DNA from: Raja brachyura
Lineage: Eukaryota
Direction of reading: 5' to 3'
Assembly (NCBI GenBank): GCA_963514005.1
Contig: OY740807.1
Location: 1,674,001 to 1,738,000, forward strand
Length of the DNA: 64,000 nt
Part shown: piece after piece, positions 40,801 to 50,117 of the stretch
How positions within the stretch are numbered: position 1 is the stretch's first letter
How the letters are laid out: the number at the start of each line of letters is the position of its first letter
Notes under the pieces: model-generated
What the model was told of the DNA's origin: nothing
Seen by the model: the letters and a program-made list of their open reading frames with translations, nothing else
Database searches by the model: none
Made by a program: the position numbers and the translations under genes

Positions 40801-40816
40801 AGGTACGGGATACTGA
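37742..40816 (+). CDS. CR1 ORF2p (AP endonuclease + reverse transcriptase)
   Basis: Uninterrupted 1024-codon frame: NARS, ITETW, YRPP, DFN, SDH; RT motifs [25 protein letters not shown]. The true start codon is uncertain. Confidence 0.93.
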   Translation: MGDQHSGRQVCHCYTDGFKLNKGGGVSNGIIENGVKGKESKGMVNDPRINGKESSQRDRRVWPSVIGIDVKGATCQHNCIRSKSIVKTSLKALCLNARSIRNKVDELKVQIAINDYAIVGITETWLQDDQGWELNIQGYSIFRRDRRKGKGGGVALLVREEINAIERKDISVEDVESIWVELRNSKGQKTLVGAVYRPPNSSIGVGDGIKQEIRNACNKGNTVIMCDFNLHVDWVNQIGRGAEEEDFLECMRDSFLNQHVEEPTREQAILDWVLSNEEGLVSSLVVRGPLGKSDHNMVEFFIRMESDKIKSETRVLNLNKGNFEGMRCELAKIDWQVILKGLTVDVQWKVFKDCMDEVQKLFIPVWQKNKSGKVVHPWITREIRDSIKTKDEAYKFARKSSLPEDWEKFRMQQRRTKGLIRKGKIDYERKLAGNIKTDCKSFYRYVKRKRLVKTNVGPLQSETGELIMGNKDMADQLNNYFGSVFTKEDINNLPEIAVELGSNKMEELSKIQVRREVVLGKLNGLKADKSPGPDSLHPRVLKEVATEIVDALVIIFQNSLDSGVVSEDWRVANVTPLFKKAGREKAENYRPVSLTSVVGKLLESVIKDGIAAHLESGEIIGQSQHGFTKGKSCLTNLIEFFEDVTSRVDKGEPVDVLYLDFQKAFDKVLHKRLAYKLKAHVIGGSVLMWIENWLADRRQRVGVNGSFSEWQAVTSGVPQGSVLGPQLFTIYINDLDEGIQCNISKFADDTKLGGIVRCEEDAWRLQGDLDRLSEWVDAWQMQYNVDKCEVIHFGGKNMRVDYYLNGGRLGKGEMQRELGVMVHQSLKVGMQLQQAVKKANGMLAFIAKGFEYRSREVLLQLHRVLVRPHLEYCVQFWSPNLRKDILAIEGVQRRFTRLIPGMSGLSYEERLDRLGLYSLEFRRLRGDLIETYKILKGLDKLDAGRLFPMLGESRTRGHSRRIRGNSFRTEMRKTFFAQRVVSLWNSLPQKVVEASSLAIFKRALDVALVAKGIRGYGEKAGTGY

Positions 40817-41819
40817 GTTGGATGATCAGCCATGATCACATTGAATGGCGGTGCGGGCTCGAAGGGCCGAATGGCCTACTCCTGCACCTATTTTCTATGT
40901 TTCTATGTTTCTAAGTTGTCCAGGAGCGTGGGGGAGTTGACCCCTCACCCACGTGGTTGCATCCCAACACACTGCTGATTCCTGGATCGTCCTCGGCCTA
41001 ACCCGAAACAAATCTCTCGCCATATCACCCTGGGCCTTTGGCCCTGGGATCGGGTAACATTAGTCACAGAGTCATTGAGTCACACAACACAGTAACAGGC
41101 GCTTCGACCTAGCTGTGCCGACCACGATGCCCCTTCTCCACTCGTCCCACCTACCTGCGTTGGGCCCAAATCTATCCGAAACTTTCCTATCCATGTACCT
41201 GTACAAATGTATTTTAAATTCTACTCTCATTCTGCTTCAACTATCTCCTCTGGCAGCACGTTCCATAAACCCACCACTCTCTGTGTGAAATATGATTTGC
41301 ACATCTTGATTTAATTAATCCAGTTTAATTTATTGCCAATGGTCAGCTCTGGATGTTGATGGCGGTGGATTCTGTAGTGCTGAGTCATTGGGTATCACAG
41401 CTTGGTGGACAGACTCTTTGTTCAAAGAGGCGATTAATGGCACATGAACTGTAAATGGTTGTTCTGTGATCCTGCCCCACACTCCATTATAAGGGAAGAA
41501 TCGGATACAATTATGACTTTCAAAATGTATGTATTTGAACAGCTATGTGGATTGAAAGGATTTAGAAAGATGAGGGCTAAATGCATGCACTGGGACTCGC
41601 TGGCATGCGTTGACAAGGTGGGCTGAAGGGCTAGGGTTTCGCTGCTCTACGACTCGATATGGAAAGTACAATGAATACAACTGCCATGTGATCCCAGAAT
41701 GGGCTGGTGGGATGGGAATGGTGAAAGTGCTGTAGATGTTGGGCTCTGCTCGCTATTTTGAGGAACTATGTGGATTGAACGGATTCAGAAAGAGGAATCC
41801 AGGCGTCACATCTTACAAC

Positions 41820-42500
41820 ATACTTGCTGTCACCCTTGAAGTATCTTGGCATCAAATTGCAGAATGATCTACGTTGGAATGGTCAGACTCATCATGCAAC
41901 AGTGAAAGCAACAGGTGTCCTAAACTTCCTGAGGTGCAACTTCCATCATTATTCAGCTTCTGTCAAGGAGAAGCTGTATTTCACCCTCGTTAGACCTCAT
42001 CTGGACTACGCAGTTGCAGCTTGGGACCCATACACAGATAAAAACATTTCATCCATCGAACGTGTCCAAAGACAGGCCGCTCGATTTGTTACTAACACCC
42101 ACGAGAGAGAAGCGAGTGTCACCAAACTTCAGAATTCTCTGGGGTGGAACCCTCTCCAAGACAGACGTGAAGCTCACCTGTTTTTACAAAATGTTAAATT
42201 TTCAGCGAGACATAGATCACAAGACCTACACCAACCCCAAACCAATTAGGAGCAGATGAGGGCATTCGATCCAATTTGTGGTCCCGACCTCAAAGACAGA
42301 TGTGACATTAGTTCTTTCCACGCACTATTAAAGCATGGAATAATCTCCACCAAGCCACGGTTGCCCAGCCAGATGCAACTAAATTTAAAGTGGCAGTTTC
42401 TTCCCAATAACCCTCTCTGGCTAAACCCCTCTCTTCACCACCTCCAATTTAAATTCAAGTTGGAATATTTTGGAGGACCAAGTAACCAAGAACCAAGAAC
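41820..42500 (+). mobile_element. Divergent CR1-group LINE 3' end with (ccaagaa)n tail
   Basis: YLGI.LQNDLRW...LNFLRCNF...KEKLYFTLVRPHLDYAVAAWDPY...IERVQRQAARFV; tail 42478-42500. Confidence 0.7.
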
Positions 42501-42694
42501 TCCTGCAGTGATGTACTGGGGCTGTGTGGATTAGCTTCCAAAAAACATTCAACAGGCCGATGCCTGGATTGTCAACTACAGTAAGAAATTTTAGTTACTT
42601 GGTTGCATTCTCTGGAATGCTGGGAGTTGCGGGGAATCCTAATGGACGTATATAAAGTTATGGGGCACAAATAAGATCAACAATCAGAACATAA

Positions 42695-43515
42695 AGCACA
42701 GAAACATAGAAAAATGTGCAGGAGGAGGCCATTCATCCCTTCGAGCCAGCACTGCCATTCGTTGTGATCATGGCTGATCGTCCCCTATCAATAACCCGTG
42801 CCTGCCTTCTCCCCATATCCCTTGCTCCACTAGCCCATAGAGCTCTATCTGACTCTCTTCTAAATCCATCCAGTGAAATGGCCTCCACTCCCTCTGCGGC
42901 AGGGAATTCCATAAATTCACAACTGACTGGGTGAAAACGTTTTTTCTCACCTCAGTCTTAAATGACCTCCCCTTTATTCTAAGATTGTGGCCCTTGGTTC
43001 TGGACTTGCCCAACATTGGGAACATTTTTCCTGCATCTCGCTTGTTCACTCCTTTTATAATTTTATATGTTTCTATAAGAATTCCCCTCATCCTTCTACT
43101 CCAGTGAATACAAGCCTGGTCTTTTCAATCTTTCCTCATATGACAGTCCCGCCATCCCAGGGATCAATCTCGTGCACCTACGCTGCTCTGCCTCAATCAC
43201 AAGGACGTCCTTCCTCAAATTAGGAGACCAAAATTGAACACAATACTCCAGATGTGGTCTCACCAGAGCCCTATACAGCTGCAGAAGAACCTCTTTACTC
43301 CGATACTGAAATCCTTTTGTTATGAAGGCTAACATTCCATTAGCTTTCTTCACTGCCTGCTGTACCTGTAACCCAACTTCCAGTGACTGGTGTACAAGGA
43401 CATTCAGGTCTCGCTGTACCTCCCCCTTACCTAACCTAACCCCAGTGAGATAATAATAAAATGCCCCCTTGTTTTTGCCGCCAAAGTGGATAACCTCACA
43501 TTTATCAATATTATA
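42695..43515 (-). mobile_element. CR1 3' fragment
   Basis: ORFs 42768..43091 and 43096..43530. Confidence 0.9.
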
Positions 43516-44469
43516 CGGTAGTGTACCCAAGTTAAATTGTATTATACTGTATTGTACTGTATTGTACCCAAGTCAAATACTAGAGGGTACAGTTTTAAAC
43601 GTGAGAGTGGCAAAGTATGAATCAAATGTGTGGGGCAGGGGTTTTACACAGAGGTTGGTGGATGCCTGGATCACGCTGCCGGGAGCGGTGGTTTAGACAG
43701 TGGCGTTTAAGAGACATTTGCATATCCGAGGAAATGTGGGATATGGATTATGTGCATGGAGAGGAGCTTTTGCCTTAGCGACTGGTCTGGCAGGCCGAAG
43801 GGTCTGTTCATGTGCTGTACTGATGTATCTTCAATGTCGTAATAATCTTAGTTTGCGCAAAGCCTGGCCCAACTGTTTGAGGCGAATCGCGATTCTCCAG
43901 GTTCGCGTTCCGGCTGCTCTTGGGAAACGGTCGCCAGTCGATTGGGTGTTATGCATTTTGGGGATTAGTTTTATTCTATATTTAAACAGGCAAAGTACAG
44001 ATGCGTCTGGTTTCCTGCAAGGTTTTCCCAATCCCAGATCTGAACCTGTTCATTGATGAGACAGTTTCGCTGCGGGCAGAGAGTGTTTGCGCGGGGTTGA
44101 TCAATATGATGCGGAGCAACTTTGATCTCATCGACCGGTGGGATAGAAGCGATGGACTGAATGGCCCGCCGGCTCAGGCCACAATAGCCAATCCGAATGT
44201 CTGAAACCAGTTTACCCTGATATTAATAAAATCTTCACCAGCCTGAAGCTGAAGCCGGAGATTAAACCTGTAGTTGAAGATTCAGAATTTGACGATTGGT
44301 TTATATTTAATCGCGGATGCGAAATTTAGCGGTAAGAGACTTGTGCATTGCGGGCCGAAGGGCCTATTTCTGTGCTGCATTGTACTATGCTCTATGTCCA
44401 ACCAAAGATGAAACATTTTCAGGTTAGAGGTTGCTGTTTTGTTTTGTGTTTACTTGTATGTTTTTATAA

Positions 44470-46475
44470 TCATATAATCATATAACAATTACAGCACGGA
44501 AACAGGCCTTCTCATAGAAACATAGAAACATAGAAAAATAGGTGCAGGAGTAGGCCATTCGGCCCTTCGAGCCTGCACCGCCATTCAATGTGATCATGGC
44601 TGATCATCCAACTTAGTATCCCGTAACTGCCTTCTCTCCATACCCCCTGATCCCTTTAGCCACAAGTGCCACATCTAACGCCCTCTTAAATATAGCCAAT
44701 GAACTGGCCTCAACCACCTTCTGTGGCAGAGAATTCCAGAGACTCACCACTCTCTGTGCAAAGAATGTTTTCCTCATCTCGGTCCTAAAGAAAGTCCCCC
44801 TTATCCTTAGACTGTGACCCCTTGTTCTGGACTCCCCCAACATCGGGAACAATCTTCCAGCATCTAGCTTGTCCAACCCCTTAAGAATTTTGTACGTTTC
44901 TATAAGATCCCCTCTCAATCTTCTAAATTCCATCGAGTAGAAGCCGAGTCTATCCAGTCTTTCCTCATATGAAAGTCCTGACATCCCAGGAATCAGTCTG
45001 GTGAGTCTTCTCTGTACCCCCTCAATGGCAAGACTGTCTTTCCTCAGATTTGGTGACCAAAACTGTACGCAATACTCCAGGCGTGGCCTCACCAAAACCC
45101 TGTACAACTGCAGTAGAACCTCCCTGCTCCTATACTCAAATCCTTTCGCTATGAATGCAAACATACCATTTGCTTTCTGCACTGCCTGCTGGACCTGCAT
45201 GCCTACTTTCAATGACTGGTGTACCATGACACCCAGGTCTCGTTGCATCTCCCCTTTTCCTAATCTGCCACCATTCAGATAATAGTCTACCCTCATGTTT
45301 TTGCCACCAAAGTGGATAACCTCACATTTATCCACATTATACTGCATCTGCCATGCATCTGCCCATTCACTCAGCCTATCCAAATCACCCTGCAGCCTCC
45401 AAGCATCCTCCTCACACCTAACTATACCCCCCAGCTTGGTATCATCTGCAAATTTGGAGATGTTGCATTGAATTCCCTCGTCCAAATCATTAATATATAT
45501 TGTATATAGCTGGGGTCCCAGCACTGAGCCTTGCGGTACCCCACTAGTCACTGCCTGCCATTCTGAAAAGTACCCGTTTACTCCTACCCTTTGCTTCCTG
45601 TCTGCTTGCCAGTTCTCTATCCACATCAATACTGAACACCGAATACCGTGTGCTTTAAGTTTGTATGCTAATCTCTTATGCGGGACCTTGTCGAAAGCCT
45701 TCTGAAAGTCTAGATATAACACATCCACTGGTTCTCCCTTAACCACTCTACTAGTTATATCCTCGAAAAATTCTATCAGATTTGTCAGACATGATTTACC
45801 TTTCGTAAATCCATGCTGACTTTGTCCAATGATTTCACCACTTTCCAAATGCGCTGCTATCCCATTTTTAATAACTGACTCTAGCAGTTTCCCCACTACC
45901 GATGTTTGGCTAACTGGTCTGTAATTCCCCGCTTTCTCTCTCCCTCCCTTTTTTTAACTGTGGGGTTACATTAGCTACCCTCCAATCCTCAGGAACTACT
46001 CCAGAATCTAAGGAATTTTGAAAACATTCTAAGGATTTCCAGTCCGTGCCGACCATTTATTTTCCCCTAGTCCCATCTACCTGCACTCAGACCATACCCC
46101 TCCATTCCCTTCCCGTCCATATACCTATCCACTTTACTTTTAAATGTTAAAATCGATCCCGCCTCCTCCACTTCTGCTGGAAGATCATTCCACACAGCCA
46201 CCACTATCTGAGTAAAGAAGTTCCCCCTCATGTTACCCCTAAACTTATGTCTCTTAATTTTCATATCATGCCCTCTTGTTTGAATCTTCCATACCCTCAA
46301 TGGGAAAAGCTTATCCACGTCAACTCTGTCTATCCCTTTAATCATTTTAAAGACCTCAATCAAGTCCCCCCTTAACCTTCTGCGCTCCAAAGAATAAAGA
46401 CCTAACTTGTTCAACCTCTCTCTGTAACTTAGTTGCTGGAACCCAGGCAACATTCTAGTAAATCTCCTCTGTACA
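44470..46475 (-). mobile_element. Nested CR1 fragments (two families)
   Basis: ORFs 44613..45896 and 46067..46600; the host tail ggccttctc is split by the second element. Confidence 0.9.
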
Positions 46476-47099
46476 TACATTTTTAATGTACATACATTTT
46501 GTATTGTGGGGGGGGGGGGGGGAAACTTTTTTTTAAATCTCTTTCCTCGACGGAGATGCGACTTCTTCAACGTATCTCGTCTGCACAACGGCTTTAACAC
46601 CGCGGAGCTGGGAGAAAAGGAGGAAATTAGGGATAAGTTATTTGACTTCCATCACAGTGGGGAATGTGAGGTCGCCGAAAAAACAAGATGGACTTGCTGC
46701 CTGCACTGGTGAGGACTGGGAGGCAATGCCGTGAGCTCAGTGATCTCGGTGTTTTGCAGGGACATGGCTCCGTGAGGACATCCCGGAGTCTGCGAGTGTG
46801 GACGGGACGGTTCGGGCGGACAGGGACTGCAGAGAGAGTGACTGCGGTCGGTACAACTCTGGTCACATCACGGTGAAGGAGCGCGTGTGTGGCCCGGACA
46901 TTGAACTGATGGCTTTGGGTCTCCGCTTATGCTGTGGCCCTGGGGATTCTCACACACCGCTGTGGTGGCTGTTTAAGTCGATGTGTAATTTGTATGTGGT
47001 TATGTATCTTGTTGTTTTTTTTTAATGATTGTTGGCAATCAAATTCCTGGTATGTTTACATACTTGGCTAATAAATTAATTTCAATAAGAATTAAACGA

Positions 47100-47304
47100 C
47101 ATTGAATTTGCCGTCAGCAGATTCTAAAGCGCCGGAAATCAGTCTCCGCCCACACAGGTTTCCTGGCCCCTCCCACTCATTACATTCCCGTTAATAAAAA
47201 CAACCAGAGGCTCTGGTTTCCAGACACTGGACCCCGAGCGTCTCCCGGACTTTGCTGTACAACACGAGTGGGTCTGAAGATTTGGTGTTCGCCTGTCCGG
47301 AAGA
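47100..47304 (+). promoter_or_regulatory. Putative IgL proximal promoter
   Basis: Non-repetitive sequence upstream of the leader ATG with a TATA-like TTAATAAAAA (47191-47200), an ETS-like CCGGAAAT (47132-47139) and a GC box; no canonical ATTTGCAT octamer seen. Confidence 0.45.
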
Positions 47305-47353
47305 ATGGCCCCAGCGCTGCACCTCCTGTGGCCTCTGCTGCTGCTCCCAGCAG
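47305..47353 (+). CDS. IgL leader exon (MAPALHLLWPLLLLPA-G)
   Basis: ATG in AGAATGG context, hydrophobic 16-aa peptide, phase-1 donor CAG|GTGAGA; classic split Ig leader. Confidence 0.88.
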
Positions 47354-49845
47354 GTGAGACTCGGGTTGGTTCACGACTGATTATCTGCAACGAGGCTCGT
47401 TAAAATCTCCACCATCGTCGGTGCTCTACGCGTGTCTAGCCTTCTGTGGGCTCCAGATCACCCAGTCGTTTCATCTGTCCATAAGTGATGGGCCATTCAA
47501 TCTCTATCTGATCTATCTCTTTCTCCTAACCCCATTCTCCTGCCTTCTCCCCATAACCCGTCACCCGTACGAAACACGGATCTATCTATCTCAGCCTTAG
47601 CTTGGCCTAAACCGCCGTCTGTGGCAATTAATTCACCTCCCTTGGACTAAAGAAACTCTTCATCATCTCATTCTAAAGGAATGTACATTATTTCTGAGGC
47701 TTTGATTAAGGTTTTCATTGTGTTTTGTTGAAGGTCTCCTGGCGATCCCAGTCCTGAATCAGACCCCAACGTCCGGACCTGTCTCCGCGGCACAAACCAT
47801 CCGCTTAGAGTGTCGGATGCAGAACGGAAATGTTGCAAGTTACCGTGTAAATTGGTATCGACAGCGTCCCGGGGAGAGACCAGAGTGGGTGATAAGGCAT
47901 GACACGGATAATGATATATTCCGTGGCAGTGGGATCACAGACCGGTTCCAACCGTCCAGAGATACCTCCGCCAACAGCTACATCCTGACCATCGGCACCC
48001 TGGAGCCCAGAGACGCCGCCGTCTACTACTGTGCAGTGTGGGAAAGCAACGTGGGATACATCTTCAGCCCTGGGAGTATCCTGGATATAAAGAGTAAGTG
48101 ACTCCCTCGTTCTGTTCCCATGAATCCCCTTTGCAGTCGTTCTCATTCCCCAGTCCGGGAACGCTCCGGGAAAACTTGCTCTGTCTCTACTCGGAGCGGG
48201 AGGCCATTCTGCCCATCGGGTCCGCGCCGTACGTCAGCGGTCGGGAGAGTATTCCCGCCTGCGGGGAACGTTAGCCCGCGGGGATTCCTGCATCGTTAAC
48301 ACAAGTCGCAGTTTGCGACAATCAAACGCGTTAATGTTGGGGAAACAAGGAAGACAATTTGCAGGCATTCTGATGAATGACATTGAGGGGAATACTGTGC
48401 AGCGGGTTGGGCAAGTCGGTTAGAGAGTGTAGCGGGAAAGGACGTGTTGGTGCGGGCTCGGGGTGTAATCCGGGATGAACCGGTCGCTTCCTCGTCTCTT
48501 CACCTCTCAATGGTTTGCGGAACCGCGCTGCGTCCCGCCGCTCCCCTTGCGTCACTTGACAGGGAGTGTTGGATATCCGGAGGCCTCTCCGGTACCGGTA
48601 CTTCCCGCCATAACTCCTTAAAGTGGGTGCGGCACATTGGCTCAATGGTAGATATGTTGCCTCACTGCGCCAGATTCCCCGGTTCGAGCCTGACCTCGGG
48701 TGCTGTCTGTGTGGGGTTTGCAAGTTCTCCCTGTGACCCCCCTGGGATTCCTCCCGCTGCTCCGGTTGCCCCGAGTGTACGGGGAGTGGGTGAGAAGCGG
48801 GATATCATAGAACTAGTGTGAACGGGTGATACATGGTCAGTGTGGACTCGGTGGGCCGAAGGGCCAGTTTCCATGCTGTGTCTCCTAAAATAGCTACATT
48901 CGCAAATTCACATTCAAGCGAATTCCAGAGCTGGGGAATTATTGAACCCCGCAATGAAGTCGTCTCGACAGAGCGACGTAAAGCCGAGCGGCGCCAGGTG
49001 GAGGGACGGGGCCGGGGTGATGTTACTCAAGTGGGTTTAGAGCTCTCGGCCTGGTGTTGGCTGCAAGGCGACAGCTGCGATTAACCTGGGCCAATCTTCA
49101 TTAGCCGGCTTAGACCGGCTGGGTTCAATAGCCGCGTCCTTTTCCTCGACTTTCACGAATTGTTCGCGTCATCGACGGTCTTTTAGTTTTAGTTCTAGTT
49201 TTAGAGACAGCCCGAAAACAGGCCCTTCGGCCACCGAGTCCACACCGACCAAAGATCCCCGCAAACGAACACTACCCTACAAACACTGGGGACTAAACGT
49301 ACAAACTCCGTACAGACATGCACCTATATTTAGGATCCGACCCGGCTCTCTGGCGCTGTAAGACAGTTGCTCCAGCGCTGCACCACCGCGCCGCCCAGTC
49401 ACTGACACTTTCCGTGGCCGAGTTCGTTTCTCTCGCGTTGGGGTCAGTGTGTGGCGCTGCCGACGGTCTCCATCAACTAATAATGTTTCTCTTCTCCTCC
49501 GCCTCTCCACACACAGGTAGCGAGTCTCGGAAGCCCTCACTTCTCCTGCTCCCTCCGTCTCCGGATGAAACTGGCACGGGCTCGGCCACACTCAGCTGCC
49601 TGGTGAGCGGCTTTAAGCCGGGCTTCGTGGCGCTGCGCTGGGCCGTGGACGGCGTGGAGACGGAGAGCGGGGTGACGTCGGGCGCCGTGTCCCCGGACGC
49701 CGAACAGACGTACAGGCTGAGCAGTTACCTGCGGGTCCCCGCCGCCGCATGGGACAAGGGCTCCAGCTATTCCTGCAGCGTCGGACATAGCTCGCTCAGC
49801 TCGCCTCTGCGACACACCGTCTCGTCGTCCACCTGCGCGAACTGA
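47305..49845 (+). CDS. Immunoglobulin light chain, cartilaginous-fish sigma-cart (type I/NS5) class, germline-joined VJ; join(47305..47353,47734..48093,49517..49845), 245 aa
   Basis: Three exons joined by phase-1 GT-AG introns (CAG|GTGAGA at 47354, TTGTTGAAG| ending 47733, A|GTAAGT at 48094, ACACACAG| ending 49516) give 49+360+329=738 nt in one open frame: signal peptide, V domain (C...WYRQ...DAAVYYC), J (FSPGSILDIK), C1 domain (ATLSCLV...W...YSCSVGH) and a Cys third from the C-terminus (STCAN*). The V framework (IPVLNQTP...C.MQNGNV.SY...WYRQRPGE.P...DRF.PSRDTS.NS.ILTI) matches shark/skate sigma-cart light chains as I recall them. Confidence 0.93.
47734..48093 (+). CDS. IgL fused V-J exon (pre-rearranged), CDR3 AVWESNVGYI
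   Basis: Within ORF 47718..48101; both V-domain cysteines, WYRQ and YYC are present, followed directly by J-like YIFSPGSILDIKS and a GTAAGT donor; no heptamer/nonamer between V and J. Confidence 0.95.
48624..48890 (+). mobile_element. HE1-like tRNA SINE in the IgL J-C intron
   Basis: A box TGGCTCAATGG, B box GGTTCGAGCC, central SINE domain, CR1-like tail. Confidence 0.75.
49181..49397 (-). mobile_element. Antisense HE1-like SINE in the IgL J-C intron
   Basis: Reverse-complement of the same SINE family, with a (tttag)n tail. Confidence 0.7.
49517..49845 (+). CDS. IgL constant (C1-set) exon
   Basis: Within ORF 49318..49845: KPSLLLLPPSPDE...ATLSCLVSGFKPG...WAVDG...YRLSSYLRVP...W...YSCSVGHSSLSSPLRHTVSSSTCAN; polypyrimidine tract and CAG acceptor at 49514-49516. 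Confidence 0.95.
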
Positions 49846-50111
49846 GTTCGTGCCATTGGCATCGGCTGCCAATTCTCTGCTATGTTTAACACAGAGAGAG
49901 CTTTACTGTGGTCTGCCGCCACCTTGTGCAATGTAACCTATAGCAATGTCCACTTCTGGGAACAACACGAATATGTAATTATCTCAGAGATCAGTGCGAA
50001 TTTCTTTGTAGATTTGTCCTCTGTGTTTTACTGCCTCTGGCTGTAGAGTGGGGGGAGATTCCATGTAGACAGTAACCGTGTTGTGATTGGATCTGGTGTA
50101 TCGCAGCTCTT

Positions 50112-50117
50112 AATAAA
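50112..50117 (+). terminator. Probable IgL polyadenylation signal AATAAA
   Basis: First AATAAA about 270 nt after the C-exon stop, followed by GT-rich sequence. Confidence 0.6.

Larger units (their letters stand above)
36420..40912 (+). mobile_element. Full-length CR1 LINE with duplicated 5' UTR, ORF1 and ORF2
   Basis: 5' repeat units 36423-36547 and 36572-36696; two long ORFs; 3' UTR and (ttctatgt)n tail. Confidence 0.95.

Noticed and set aside
36950-40839. Multiple minus-strand ORFs over the CR1
   Set aside because: Antisense shadows of ORF1/ORF2; the same applies to shadow ORFs over other CR1 copies
48027-48033. Cryptic heptamer TACTGTG in V FR3 (V-replacement site)
   Set aside because: Follows automatically from Tyr-Cys-Ala codons; no nonamer and no RSS-bearing donor V in the window
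48630-48700. tRNA gene
   Set aside because: The A/B boxes continue into a SINE body and CR1-like tail; no acceptor stem or poly-T terminator
47305-49845. Interpretation as a TCR gamma gene or a processed Ig pseudogene
   Set aside because: The C exon ends in Cys-Ala-Asn-stop with no connecting/transmembrane exon, and both introns are present
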